Virus record (IMG/VR): IMGVR_UViG_3300043778_000098 | Span: 15,504 to 79,503 of that record | DNA from: a virus | Strand: one strand, 5' to 3' | DNA: 64,000 nt | The notes under the pieces: model-generated | Told to the model about the DNA's origin: nothing | Database searches by the model: none | What the model saw: the letters and a program-made list of their open reading frames with translations, nothing else | Shown here: one piece after another, positions 10,385-19,486 of the stretch | Layout of the letters: every line of letters begins with the position of its first letter | Numbering within the stretch: the first letter of the stretch is position 1 | Position numbers and translations under genes: made by a program

Positions 10385-10487
10385 TCCTGCGGCAGACCTC
10401 TTCTGCGAGCCTGCCCGTCCACGCCCGGGAGAGATGCTGCTCGGGGGTCAGGTCGTCGTGGCCTCGTTCCGAGCTCTCTCTGCTCAT
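10245..10487 (-). CDS. Hypothetical protein, leaderless
   Basis: TAAGAT-N7-ATG. Confidence 0.5.
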   Translation of the reverse strand: MSRESSERGHDDLTPEQHLSRAWTGRLAEEVCRRISEWTTQEMLADGEDPTDTPLYLLRRRQVLIGLECCLDEAERNRTR

Positions 10488-10492
10488 GGGCT

Positions 10493-10879
10493 TTATCTTA
10501 CGGCTTTTCTTGATACCACGATCCCCGCCGCTATCAGCCCGTCCTCCATCCGCCCCACCTGAGACCGCAGGATCGCCGTCTCGTTCGCCGCCCTCTCCCA
10601 CCGCTCCAGCAGGACCTGGGGCTTGACCCGGTTCCTCAGCCCCGGCCTGGCCAGCCACGGCAGGCCGCCCAGCTCCCGGAGGGCGTTCACGGCATTGGCC
10701 GGGTTCGTGTAGAGGGGGACGCGCCCCCCGCCGAACCGGCCCGCGCGGTTGGGCAGGTGCCTGACCACCTCGCGGATGCGCCGCTCCGCCTTGACCTGCT
10801 CGGCCTCGGCCAGGATCAGCCGCTCGCGGAGGTCCTGGAGCTGCCACAGGGCCTCGGCTGTTCCGGATGGTCGTCTCAT
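10493..10879 (-). CDS. Hypothetical protein, leaderless
   Basis: TATCAT-N6-ATG. Confidence 0.55.
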   Translation of the reverse strand: MRRPSGTAEALWQLQDLRERLILAEAEQVKAERRIREVVRHLPNRAGRFGGGRVPLYTNPANAVNALRELGGLPWLARPGLRNRVKPQVLLERWERAANETAILRSQVGRMEDGLIAAGIVVSRKAVR

Positions 10880-11092
10880 GCGGACATGATAACAGCTTTC
10901 CTTGCTAGGCTAGGCGGTCGTCGTATAGAGATTACTTACCTCCCGGCGCAAGCGCAGGGGCCGCCCCGCCGGATCGGTCGCATAGGGGCTCCGAGGGCCG
11001 CCGCGAACGGAGGACCGGCACCGCGAGCGCGGGAGTGCCACCGGCGCGAGCGAGGGGGTTCTCTATACAACGTTTCTTGATATGCTGTCTCC

Positions 11093-11425
11093 GTGAACCT
11101 CCCGGCAGGCGCGGTACTCGCCTATTCCTTCGAGCCAGAGGCCCGGTACTGGCCGGCGATCACCGCCAGGAACCCGGGGATGGTCCCCGACATATGCGTC
11201 CAGGCGGCCTACTCCGGGGACGGCTGCGAGTGGGAGTTCGTCATCGAGGACCACGGCGCCGGCGAGGTCTGCGTCTCCCGCAGCTCGGGCCGCCGGGACC
11301 TGGACCAGGCGCGCGCCCAGGCGCCCGAGCTTTTCGCGGCCCTGGCCGAAATGCGCCCCCGCACCCTCGAAGAGGTCCGGGCCGTCCTGGTCCTCGTCGG
11401 GGCCGAGGACATCACGATAAGGTAG
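11093..11425 (+). CDS. Hypothetical protein, leaderless
   Basis: TATGCT-N6-GTG. Confidence 0.55.
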   Translation: MNLPAGAVLAYSFEPEARYWPAITARNPGMVPDICVQAAYSGDGCEWEFVIEDHGAGEVCVSRSSGRRDLDQARAQAPELFAALAEMRPRTLEEVRAVLVLVGAEDITIR

Positions 11426-11456
11426 ACAATACAGCCTTTCTTGATATGCTGTTGTC

Positions 11457-11609
11457 ATGAGCCAAGCAGACGCCATGAGCGCGGCAGAATGCCTGTGCAT
11501 CCTCAACTGCCGGGACGACCCGGCCACCAGATGCTCGCTGTCCGGCGAGTGGCACGTCCACCCCGGCGAGCCGTGCCGGGTCCACCCGGCCGCCCCCGGC
11601 GACCGCTGA
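11457..11609 (+). CDS. Small Cys/His-rich protein, leaderless
   Basis: TATGCT-N6-ATG. Confidence 0.5.
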   Translation: MSQADAMSAAECLCILNCRDDPATRCSLSGEWHVHPGEPCRVHPAAPGDR

Positions 11610-11815
11610 TGGACGCCCTGATCGAGGCGCTGACCATCCTGCGCAAGTACGCCAACCCCCAGTTCCCGCTTCACTGCGAGCACGACATGCTCTACGTTGA
11701 CGTGGACCCCGCCCTCGTCTCGCCCGAGGACCTCGCCCGGCTGAGGGAGCTGTGGTTCGCCCCGGATCGCGACGACGGCAGCCTGTTCGCCTCCTCCTAC
11801 TTCGGGAGCTGCTGA
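11609..11815 (+). CDS. Hypothetical protein
   Basis: TGATG coupling; HCEHDMLYV. Confidence 0.6.
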   Translation: MDALIEALTILRKYANPQFPLHCEHDMLYVDVDPALVSPEDLARLRELWFAPDRDDGSLFASSYFGSC

Positions 11816-11816
11816 C

Positions 11817-12197
11817 ATGGCGCGCGTCCCCCTCCAGGCGTCCGACGTCCGGTCCTCCGAGGAGGGCTACTGGACGCTCGCCTCGTGCGAGCCCTACTGG
11901 GTCGTCCTGGCGGTCTTCGCCGAGGCTCCCGGGTTCCTCTTCGAGTGGACCGGGGACGGCTGGTCCGACCTCCTGTCCGACGTGATGCTGTTCGACCGCG
12001 CCGAGGCGGAGGCAGAGGTCTCGCGCCTGGGCGACCTCCCCGGCCGGACCGTCCGCAGCGCCAACTTCGCCGATTGCCTCCGGTACGACCGCCGGAGGGC
12101 CGGCTACCCCCGCCACCGCGCCGGGAGCCCGCGCCACAGCGGATCCTCCGAGGCGCTCAGGGACGTCTACCAGGCTATGGCGGACGGGGAGGCGTGA
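11817..12197 (+). CDS. Hypothetical protein
   Basis: ORF within operon. Confidence 0.5.
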   Translation: MARVPLQASDVRSSEEGYWTLASCEPYWVVLAVFAEAPGFLFEWTGDGWSDLLSDVMLFDRAEAEAEVSRLGDLPGRTVRSANFADCLRYDRRRAGYPRHRAGSPRHSGSSEALRDVYQAMADGEA

Positions 12198-12577
12198 TGG
12201 GGATCGTCATCGACAGAGACGACGAGCCGGACATCACCCTCCAGTCGCCGGGCGAGGCCCTGTTCTGGGGGCTGTGCTGGCTCCACGAGATCCCGGTGGA
12301 GCGCGCCCGGCTCGACCGGGACTCCGTGCAGTCCGGTGACGTCTGGTACTGCCCCGGCTTCCACGTCGTCGTCCCGAAGTTCCTGAACCTGTGGGTCGAG
12401 ATCGCCGACGGCGACGGGGAGGGCGTGCTGCGCCCCGCACGGGAGGCGTACCGGAAGGTCGTCGGACGGCGCCTGGTCGTGCTCTACCGCGAGGACCTGG
12501 ATAACCTGAGGGACGCAAGCCGGCAGTCCCAGTTCATCGCCAGGCTGAGGCTCCTCGACCAGCGGCGCCGGCCATGA
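12197..12577 (+). CDS. Degenerate paralog of the 9402-9755 nuclease
   Basis: SPGEALFWGL...WYCPGF...WVEIAD. Confidence 0.6.
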   Translation: MGIVIDRDDEPDITLQSPGEALFWGLCWLHEIPVERARLDRDSVQSGDVWYCPGFHVVVPKFLNLWVEIADGDGEGVLRPAREAYRKVVGRRLVVLYREDLDNLRDASRQSQFIARLRLLDQRRRP

Positions 12578-12804
12578 GAATCCCGGGCGACTGGCCGAAG
12601 GCCGGGGACCTGAAGCCCTTCGAGGGCAGCTGGGTCCGCATCGAGATCGAACACCCGGTCCTGAGAGAATGGGCCGACAACGGCATCTGGGAGGGCGTCC
12701 TCGTCAATGCGAACGCCGACTGGTGGACCTGCCTGCTGCGGCTCGACGACGGCGCGCTCAAGTTCCTGGACGTCCGCAAGACCGCAAGCTGGGAGGCCGT
12801 GTGA
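12574..12804 (+). CDS. Hypothetical protein
   Basis: ATGA overlap. Confidence 0.5.
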   Translation: MRIPGDWPKAGDLKPFEGSWVRIEIEHPVLREWADNGIWEGVLVNANADWWTCLLRLDDGALKFLDVRKTASWEAV

Positions 12805-13292
12805 TGGGGAAGGCGGCGCGGGCGAGGCGCGACCGGCGCGAGGCGGGGTCCCTCCCCGCCAGGTTCGACTTCGGCCCGCATCACCTCGTCCGCTCGACGG
12901 CCCGGTGGATCAAGGCCGAGCCGGGCACATCGGGCATCTTCGAGATCCACGAGTTCGGCGAGACCCGCGAGCGCCCGTGCCCGGAGTGCGGCGGCGAGGT
13001 GATCTACCGGTACGGGAACTGGATCTGCCCGCCGGCCGGCCCCGGCGGGGAAGAGATCAGCGGATGCGGCTGGACCACCGCCAAGGAGACGACCGGCGGC
13101 CGGGGCGCCCGGGGCATGAACAACGGGACGACCACCCTGGAAAGATGCCCGGACTGCGGCGGGAGGGTCATCTACAACGGGAACTACTTCTGCGAGAGCT
13201 GGGGCGGGCCGTGCTGGTGGGCGCTGCCGCACCCGGCCAGGAGGAGGGCCGACCGGGACCTGGCGCTGCGGCTGACCGGGAGGACCTCGTGA
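12804..13292 (+). CDS. Zn-ribbon repeat protein
   Basis: Two CPxCGGxVIYxxGNxxC repeats. Confidence 0.55.
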   Translation: MGKAARARRDRREAGSLPARFDFGPHHLVRSTARWIKAEPGTSGIFEIHEFGETRERPCPECGGEVIYRYGNWICPPAGPGGEEISGCGWTTAKETTGGRGARGMNNGTTTLERCPDCGGRVIYNGNYFCESWGGPCWWALPHPARRRADRDLALRLTGRTS

Positions 13293-13825
13293 GATTCGCC
13301 TACGCCGACCCGCCGTACATCGGGAAGTGCGGCAAGTTCTACGGCCATCACCACCCGGACGGCCGGTGCTGGGATGACATCCTGACGCACAAGACGCTCA
13401 TCGACCGGCTGGCAGACGATTACCCGGATGGCTGGGCCCTTTCGTGCGCCTCCCCTAATCTCAGGGAGATTCTCCCGCTCTGCCCGCCGGACGCCAGGAT
13501 CGCCGCGTGGGTGAAGCCCTTCTGCATTTTCAAGAAAGGCGTCCGGCCCGCTTACGCATGGGAGCCGGTCATCTTCTGCGGCGGCAGGAACAAGAACCAC
13601 CCGCCCCCCCTCAAAGGCGGCAAGCAGACGACCCCGAAAGACTTCATCGCCGAGCCCATCACGCTGCGGAAGGGGCTGACCGGCGCTAAGCCCCAGAAAT
13701 TCTGCGACTGGGTGCTGGACCTGCTCAACTTCCGGCAGGGCGACTCGGTCGACGACTTGTTCCCCGGCACCGGGGCGATGGGCGCAGCGGTGCTGAGAAG
13801 AGAGGCAACTATCATCACCTCGTGA
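13289..13825 (+). CDS. Small DNA amino-methyltransferase
   Basis: YADPPY catalytic motif followed by DDLFPGTG SAM-binding motif. Confidence 0.8.
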   Translation: MRFAYADPPYIGKCGKFYGHHHPDGRCWDDILTHKTLIDRLADDYPDGWALSCASPNLREILPLCPPDARIAAWVKPFCIFKKGVRPAYAWEPVIFCGGRNKNHPPPLKGGKQTTPKDFIAEPITLRKGLTGAKPQKFCDWVLDLLNFRQGDSVDDLFPGTGAMGAAVLRREATIITS

Positions 13826-14193
13826 GCCTCCCCTATCCCCGCTGCCACGACGACACGCCCCACGGCCCGCACCCGGAGATCAGCGGCCTCCCAGGTCAGG
13901 ACTGCCCCGGCTGGACGGCCGAGCAGAAGACGGTCCACGACCTGATCGCCGGCGTGCAGGCGTACGTGCGCGAGCACTGGAATCCGCGCGAGCCCCGTCC
14001 GGAGGGGCTGCGGGTGGAGATGCACCCGGACGTCCACCGCCTGCTGATGAGGGACCCGGACCTGTGGAACCGGCCCGAACGGGAGTCGGCCCTGGAAGAC
14101 TGGTTCCCCGTCCCGGCGAAGGTGACCACGGACGTGGCCCCGGGCAAGTGGCGGCTGGTGATCATCACCGAGGAAGTGCTGCTGGAGGGCTAG
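13822..14193 (+). CDS. Hypothetical protein
   Basis: GTGA overlap. Confidence 0.5.
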   Translation: MSLPYPRCHDDTPHGPHPEISGLPGQDCPGWTAEQKTVHDLIAGVQAYVREHWNPREPRPEGLRVEMHPDVHRLLMRDPDLWNRPERESALEDWFPVPAKVTTDVAPGKWRLVIITEEVLLEG

Positions 14194-14651
14194 CCCGCCT
14201 CGGCCGCCTTCCCCAGCTTGACGACCAGGGCCCTCAGCTCGTCGAACTCGGCGTGCTCCCGTGTGTGCTCGGCGTGGCCGCCGGGGAAGACGACGGCCGC
14301 GCACCGCTCGCAACTCAGTAGGTCGCCGCGCAGCTCGTGGCTCCCGCCGTCGAACCCGATCGTCACGCGGGCCGCGAACCGGTACCCCTCGGGAATGCCC
14401 GGCTGCTCCCGTGTCACGTAGAGGAAGAGGCTGTCCCCCTCCTGCCTGTCGACCTCCCAGCGGTACCCGTCGGGCGGCGGCATGGCAGTCGAGGCGTAGG
14501 CGATAACATCGCCCCGCAGCTGCCAGGTGAGGGGTCGGCCGCCGAACAGGCTGCCGGCCCTCCGCTCCAGTTCCTTCAGCGCGTTCGCCGTCACCCCGCC
14601 GTGGACCGGGGCGAACGCCTGCCGGGTGGCCTCGGCGCGCAGATCGTCCAT
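14190..14651 (-). CDS. Hypothetical protein, leaderless
   Basis: TATGCT-N6-ATG. Confidence 0.5.
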   Translation of the reverse strand: MDDLRAEATRQAFAPVHGGVTANALKELERRAGSLFGGRPLTWQLRGDVIAYASTAMPPPDGYRWEVDRQEGDSLFLYVTREQPGIPEGYRFAARVTIGFDGGSHELRGDLLSCERCAAVVFPGGHAEHTREHAEFDELRALVVKLGKAAEAG

Positions 14652-14746
14652 GACCGGAGCATAGGGCACAGCAGCGGCTATCGTCTGGCGCCGCGAAACT
14701 GGACATGCGTGTAGCGTGTTACGGCTTTCCTTGCTAGGCTGCTGGC

Positions 14747-15217
14747 ATGACATCAGAAGCGAAGTTCCCCGACGTGGTGGCCGCCGTGCTCGGCGCCGCC
14801 CTGAATGAAGACGGGCCGGTCCACGCCGACTACAAGCTCATCAGCAGAGCGCAAGAGGCCCTGGGCCTGGAGTTCCCGCCGACGGGCGTTTTCGCCCGCC
14901 AGGACCGGGACAAGTTCGCCGGCCAGGTCGGGCGGGCCCTCGGCAAGCTCGCCGCCGAGGGACTCCTGGTCAAGATCGGCAAGGGACACGGCAACGTCCG
15001 CTACTGGGCCCCGGCCGCCTGGGAGTCCCACCAGGAGCGGGAAGCGGAACGGGAGTCCGTCAGGGCCGCCCTCGAAGCGCGCAAGGCGGACATCACGCAG
15101 CGGATCCGCCGCCTGGACGGCAAGGCGGTTTTCTACGTCACGACGCCCAGCACGATCACGATGACCCTGGACACCGCCTCCGCCCTGCTGGACCTGGCCG
15201 AGAGGACCGGGTCATGA
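14747..15217 (+). CDS. Winged-helix-like protein, leaderless
   Basis: VGRALGKLAAEGLLVK; TAGGCT-N6-ATG. Confidence 0.5.
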   Translation: MTSEAKFPDVVAAVLGAALNEDGPVHADYKLISRAQEALGLEFPPTGVFARQDRDKFAGQVGRALGKLAAEGLLVKIGKGHGNVRYWAPAAWESHQEREAERESVRAALEARKADITQRIRRLDGKAVFYVTTPSTITMTLDTASALLDLAERTGS

Positions 15218-15735
15218 CGCCGGAGCAGACCGAGACGCCGCCCTTCCGGCTGACGGCCCGCCTGTTCACCCCCGACCGCGTCACCGTCGAGGTGGCCGAC
15301 GTCCCTCTTCCCCCTCCTGCCACCGCAGGGAAGATCAGGGTCGCCATCCCCTACCCGGCGTCCGAGCCCGCCAGGATCGTGAGCCGGGTCGTCGTGATCA
15401 ACGAGAGCACCGGGGGAGTGGCGCGCGCGTCCGTCTGGCCGAGGGTCGTGGAACCCGGCGACATGCTGACCGTCGAGTTCGGGGCGGACAACGTCTTCGG
15501 CTTCCCCGGGTTCTCGCCGGACCGCCCGGACCAAGTCCTGGCCCCGGAGCGAACCTTCACCGGGCTGGAGGACGAACGGCTCGTCAGCGCGATCACCGCC
15601 AACCTCGCCAGCCTCAACGAGATCATCGCTGAGATGACCGCCAAGGTGTCCGGCGACCCCGAGTTCATCGCCATGGTCCGCCGGACGCTGCGCGATCACT
15701 CGCACGCGCTCGGCTTCAAGTTCGAGGGAGACTGA
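15214..15735 (+). CDS. Hypothetical protein
   Basis: ATGA overlap. Confidence 0.5.
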   Translation: MTPEQTETPPFRLTARLFTPDRVTVEVADVPLPPPATAGKIRVAIPYPASEPARIVSRVVVINESTGGVARASVWPRVVEPGDMLTVEFGADNVFGFPGFSPDRPDQVLAPERTFTGLEDERLVSAITANLASLNEIIAEMTAKVSGDPEFIAMVRRTLRDHSHALGFKFEGD

Positions 15736-15737
15736 CC

Positions 15738-16178
15738 ATGACAGACTACAGGCACAAGGCGACCAAGGATCGCCAGAAGGACGTCGCCGGCCGCCTGTCT
15801 GCCGCCGCTACCATGCTGGGCGAGGCAATCTCTCTTGTGCGATCCCGGACGGCGATCCTGGAGGAGCACCTGCGAGCCGCAGGAGCAGCCGGGGTGCCCT
15901 ATGACGAGGCCGAGGCGATGGTGAAGGACCTGGGCTGGGAGGCACAGGCCATGCTGAGGAGCGCCTACCTGGACGGGTACGAGGTCACCGGCGCCGACAC
16001 CAGGATGCACTGCCTGGCGCACCGGCGCCTTGTCGAGTGGATCCCCGCCCCGGGGTGGTGGATCCACGTCAAGGAAGGCTTGCCGCTCGACGGGCTCGAC
16101 GGCAGCCCGACGGACCCCAGAGGCTGCCGGTCCATGTGGAACGCGGACGCCCCGATCACCATCACCAGGAAGGGCTAG
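15738..16178 (+). CDS. Hypothetical protein
   Basis: SD GGAG, within operon. Confidence 0.5.
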   Translation: MTDYRHKATKDRQKDVAGRLSAAATMLGEAISLVRSRTAILEEHLRAAGAAGVPYDEAEAMVKDLGWEAQAMLRSAYLDGYEVTGADTRMHCLAHRRLVEWIPAPGWWIHVKEGLPLDGLDGSPTDPRGCRSMWNADAPITITRKG

Positions 16179-16180
16179 TC

Positions 16181-16417
16181 GTGAACGAGATCGTGCCGAC
16201 GGCCGCGTCCGTAGCGAATATCTATGACCTGCGCGCGTTCCTCGACTGGCTCCACGAGGCGTGGCGCCGCGACCCTGAGATGGGGCACGGCATCGACGAC
16301 CAGATCCGCCAGCGGGTCCTGGAGCTGTGCGCCGAGGGGCACCCCGACGCGGCGCTCCTCGCCCGCGAGGTGCTGGTCACCAGCGCCTGGGACGACTGCG
16401 CGGCGTGGTCCGCATGA
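16181..16417 (+). CDS. Hypothetical protein
   Basis: Within operon. Confidence 0.45.
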   Translation: MNEIVPTAASVANIYDLRAFLDWLHEAWRRDPEMGHGIDDQIRQRVLELCAEGHPDAALLAREVLVTSAWDDCAAWSA

Positions 16418-17001
16418 CCTCGCGATCCGAAGCGCTGTGGAATCTCCTGCGGCTGCGGGTGACGCAGGTCCGGCTCATGGAGGTCCTCGTCGCCTCGCAC
16501 GGGCCCGTGAGCGGACGGGAGTTCGCCCGGAAGCTCGGCATCTCCCCGACCAGCGCGATCGCCGCGCTGAAGCGGCTGGAGAAGGCGGGGGTCGTCACCC
16601 GCGAGGCGGTCGGCAAGGCCCACCTGTGGCGGCTCGACGACACCGAGGAGGCCGTCCGCGAGTGGCGGGCCGAGCACGCCGCCGCCCGCCAGGCCAGGCT
16701 GCTGGGGCTCATCAAGGAGCACAGCGGCACCAGGCACCAGAAAGTGCTGCACTGCGCCCAGGACGTGTGGGACGAGGTCAGGGTGGCCAGCGCGCCCGCC
16801 GCGCCCCGGCGGCCCTGGGAGCCGGACCTGCGCTCCCTGACGGCCATCGAGGTCACCGTGGCCGGGCACTACGAGCCCGGGCGGTGGAAGATGATCCGTC
16901 ACGACCACTGCCTGGTGACCGGCGGCGACGAGCCGGGCCAGGCCATGCTGGTCACCCACGAGGAGTGCACCGTGCTGGGGACGAGCGAGGACGAGCCGTG
17001 A
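16414..17001 (+). CDS. HTH DNA-binding protein
   Basis: SGREFARKLGISPTSAIAALKRLEKAGVV. Confidence 0.7.
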   Translation: MTSRSEALWNLLRLRVTQVRLMEVLVASHGPVSGREFARKLGISPTSAIAALKRLEKAGVVTREAVGKAHLWRLDDTEEAVREWRAEHAAARQARLLGLIKEHSGTRHQKVLHCAQDVWDEVRVASAPAAPRRPWEPDLRSLTAIEVTVAGHYEPGRWKMIRHDHCLVTGGDEPGQAMLVTHEECTVLGTSEDEP

Positions 17002-17243
17002 AGAGCGGCGCGAGACTGCACCGGGACGGATCGGTGAGCATCGACGGCGAGGTCATCGGGCACGTCGCAGGGGAGGCCCGCGACTGGGGGTTCGTGCTAG
17101 CCGACTACCGCGATCCCGGACGGACCCCGGCCAGCGGGTGGTTCAGCAAGGCAGAGGCCGCCGAGATGTGCGCCCGCGCGCACCTGGAGACCCCTTCCCG
17201 CCGGGAACTGCGTCCTGGCGAGGCGGAGAGCGAGGACTCATGA
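16998..17243 (+). CDS. Hypothetical protein
   Basis: GTGA overlap. Confidence 0.45.
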   Translation: MKSGARLHRDGSVSIDGEVIGHVAGEARDWGFVLADYRDPGRTPASGWFSKAEAAEMCARAHLETPSRRELRPGEAESEDS

Positions 17244-17746
17244 TCAGCGAAGAGGCAGGGCGGGCGATGTCCGTCATCAACGGCATCGACTTCTGCAAGC
17301 AGGTCGAGCCGGGCTTCTGGATGAGCTGCGTGACCCGGATCGTCCTGGACCTGGACGAGGCCGGGCACCAGGACCGGGTCCGGGAGATCAGGGAGACGCT
17401 CTACCGGCTCTGGCAGGGCCTGCCCGACAAGGCGGGGATGACCAGGTGCAACCGGTGCGAGGTGCTGCCGGGCACCGTCCCTGTTCGCTCGATCTGCGGC
17501 GAGTGCGACGACGTGATGCTCTGCCAGTCCTGCTACGAGCGGCACGCCCGCGAGGTGTTCGACAAGGGACGGGAGCAGGACGCCGCGCTGGCTGGGGAGG
17601 CGCTGCTGAGGTTCGAGGCCGCCGCCGAGGTCGTGACCGAGGTAGCGGTGCGGAACATGGCCGCCGGGCCGCCGCTGAGCCTGAACGAGTTCCTCGCGGG
17701 CGACCCGCCCGGCCACGGCTACTGGGAGGCGGGGGATGAACCGTGA
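17240..17746 (+). CDS. Zn-finger-like hypothetical protein
   Basis: Three CxxC pairs. Confidence 0.5.
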   Translation: MISEEAGRAMSVINGIDFCKQVEPGFWMSCVTRIVLDLDEAGHQDRVREIRETLYRLWQGLPDKAGMTRCNRCEVLPGTVPVRSICGECDDVMLCQSCYERHAREVFDKGREQDAALAGEALLRFEAAAEVVTEVAVRNMAAGPPLSLNEFLAGDPPGHGYWEAGDEP

Positions 17747-17961
17747 CCCTGGCGTACATCTCGGGCGAGGGGGAATCGTACCTGCCGCTGTGGGTCGTGA
17801 TCCCGATGATCGCGGTTATCGTGATCATTGTCGGGATCGGGCTCTGGGCGACCATGTGCGAGCTGAACCCCGATCCGGGATGGCGCGCCCGGGCGGCGGA
17901 GATCCGCCGCCTGGAGCAGGAGCGGAGGCTGAGGGAGCTTAGGGATGCCGCCGGCGAGTGA
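17743..17961 (+). CDS. Small membrane protein
   Basis: One hydrophobic helix. Confidence 0.5.
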   Translation: MTLAYISGEGESYLPLWVVIPMIAVIVIIVGIGLWATMCELNPDPGWRARAAEIRRLEQERRLRELRDAAGE

Positions 17962-18187
17962 CTTCGGGTTCGACTCCGTGACGGCCCTGTACGAGCGGAT
18001 CTGCGAGCGCCGCCGCCGGGAGAAGTACAGGATCCCCTCGGTCACCTGCCCGGTCTGCGGCCGGACCAGCTGGAACCCGGGCGACGTCCGCGAGGGGTAC
18101 TGCGGGAACTGCCATGACTGGACGAGTGCCCGTTCTGGGCCGTCCGGGCCTGATAATGACCGTTTAGGACCAGAATCACTCACATGA
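17945..18187 (+). CDS. Small Zn-ribbon protein
   Basis: CPVCGRTS...YCGNCHDW. Confidence 0.55.
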   Translation: MPPASDFGFDSVTALYERICERRRREKYRIPSVTCPVCGRTSWNPGDVREGYCGNCHDWTSARSGPSGPDNDRLGPESLT

Positions 18188-18225
18188 TGGGTTCTGTCCC
18201 CGTACCGGGAGGCTAGGATGCGGCC

Positions 18226-18417
18226 ATGAGCATCGACAGCGAGAACGGCGCCTGGCGCAAGTCCACCCACAGCGCCGCAGGCAACTGCGTCGAGGCCGGG
18301 AGCCGGCCCGGGACGGTCGGCGTCCGCGACACCAAGGAGGCGGCCCTCGGGGCGGCCCGGACGGTGCTGGAGTTCACCCCCGCCGCCTGGTCCGCCTTCC
18401 TCGGCCGCCTGGCCTGA
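18226..18417 (+). CDS. DUF397 family protein
   Basis: WRKSTHS...NCVEA...VGVRDTK...FTPAAWSAF. Confidence 0.85.
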   Translation: MSIDSENGAWRKSTHSAAGNCVEAGSRPGTVGVRDTKEAALGAARTVLEFTPAAWSAFLGRLA

Positions 18418-18429
18418 CAGATCCGGAAT

Positions 18430-18464
18430 AGCGAAGAGCCCCGTCCTGGGACGGGGCTCTTCGC
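18430..18464. terminator. Terminator-like hairpin
   Basis: gcgaagagccccgtc/gacggggctcttcgc. Confidence 0.65.
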
Positions 18465-18485
18465 CGTCACGCTAGGATCGCCGCC

Positions 18486-18737
18486 ATGGACGGTGAAACA
18501 GTCAGGTCTCCCGGTGAAGTGATCGTCTCGGCCCTGAAGCTGGCACGGGAGCGGGTGACCAGTGACGACCCGGAGGCCAAGGAGCGCAGGCGCGAGGCGC
18601 TGGCCGACATGGTGATCCGCGTGCAGATGCACGGCGCCCTGAACCAGGTGCCCCGGCCCACGGCCGGGGAGCTGAGGGAGATCCTCGGGGACCCTGACGA
18701 CGGGGATTTGCGCAGGGCGCTCGAAGCGTGGGGATGA
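18486..18737 (+). CDS. Hypothetical protein, leaderless
   Basis: TAGGAT-N7-ATG. Confidence 0.5.
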   Translation: MDGETVRSPGEVIVSALKLARERVTSDDPEAKERRREALADMVIRVQMHGALNQVPRPTAGELREILGDPDDGDLRRALEAWG

Positions 18738-18796
18738 TCGTGCGCCCCGCCCAGGGCCACTTAGGGCGGGGCGCATTACCGGTATTATTGCCAGTT

Positions 18797-19033
18797 ATGG
18801 ACGCAAACGGAAGCCCCGAGTCACATTCAGTGCCCGAATCACCTCGATGGGTGAAGTCATCCCTGTCGTTCGCCAACAACAACTGCGTCGAGGTGGCCGA
18901 TTTGAGCGGGGGCGAGATCGGCGTCCGCAACAGCCGCGAGCCCGGCGGCCCGGTCCTCCGCTTCACCCCCGCCGAGTGGGTCGCGTTCGTCGGCGGCGTC
19001 CGCAACGGCGAGTTCGACCGCTTCGGGGCCTAG
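18797..19033 (+). CDS. DUF397 family protein
   Basis: WVKSSLS...NCVEVA...IGVRNS...GPVLRFTPAEWVAF. Confidence 0.85.
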   Translation: MDANGSPESHSVPESPRWVKSSLSFANNNCVEVADLSGGEIGVRNSREPGGPVLRFTPAEWVAFVGGVRNGEFDRFGA

Positions 19034-19458
19034 CAGCCCACGGCGTTCTGGTTGGCCATCGCCGTGCCGGCGCCGGACCACTTGAAGTACCAGCCGGCCG
19101 GCAGCCGGAACGAGTAGACCTGGCCCAGGGTCGCGGTCGACGACGCGGCCAGGGTGACCGCGCTGGCGGCGCTGGTGAGTCCCATGGCGAGGCTCGTCGC
19201 GGTGCCCGCCGTGGTGACCTCCAGGTAGACCATGTAGTCCCGTGAGGTGTCCGCTAGCTGAGTGGCGGTGCCGCTGACCGACCCGATCGACTCGATGACC
19301 GGGGCGTCGGCGCCGGTGTCGGTCGCGGGCCCGGCGCCCTCCAGCGCCTCGACTGCCGACTCCAGGGCGGCCAGCGCGTCCGAGATCGTGTTGTGGTCCG
19401 CGATGTGGCCGGTCTGGCCCGGCGCCCTGGTGTCGGGCGGCGGCGTCGGCATCGTCAT
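19030..19458 (-). CDS. Virion protein
   Basis: N-terminus shared with 30148-30474. Confidence 0.55.
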   Translation of the reverse strand: MTMPTPPPDTRAPGQTGHIADHNTISDALAALESAVEALEGAGPATDTGADAPVIESIGSVSGTATQLADTSRDYMVYLEVTTAGTATSLAMGLTSAASAVTLAASSTATLGQVYSFRLPAGWYFKWSGAGTAMANQNAVGC

Positions 19459-19486
19459 AGCGCTCCCTCTCTCCCTGCTTCCGGGC

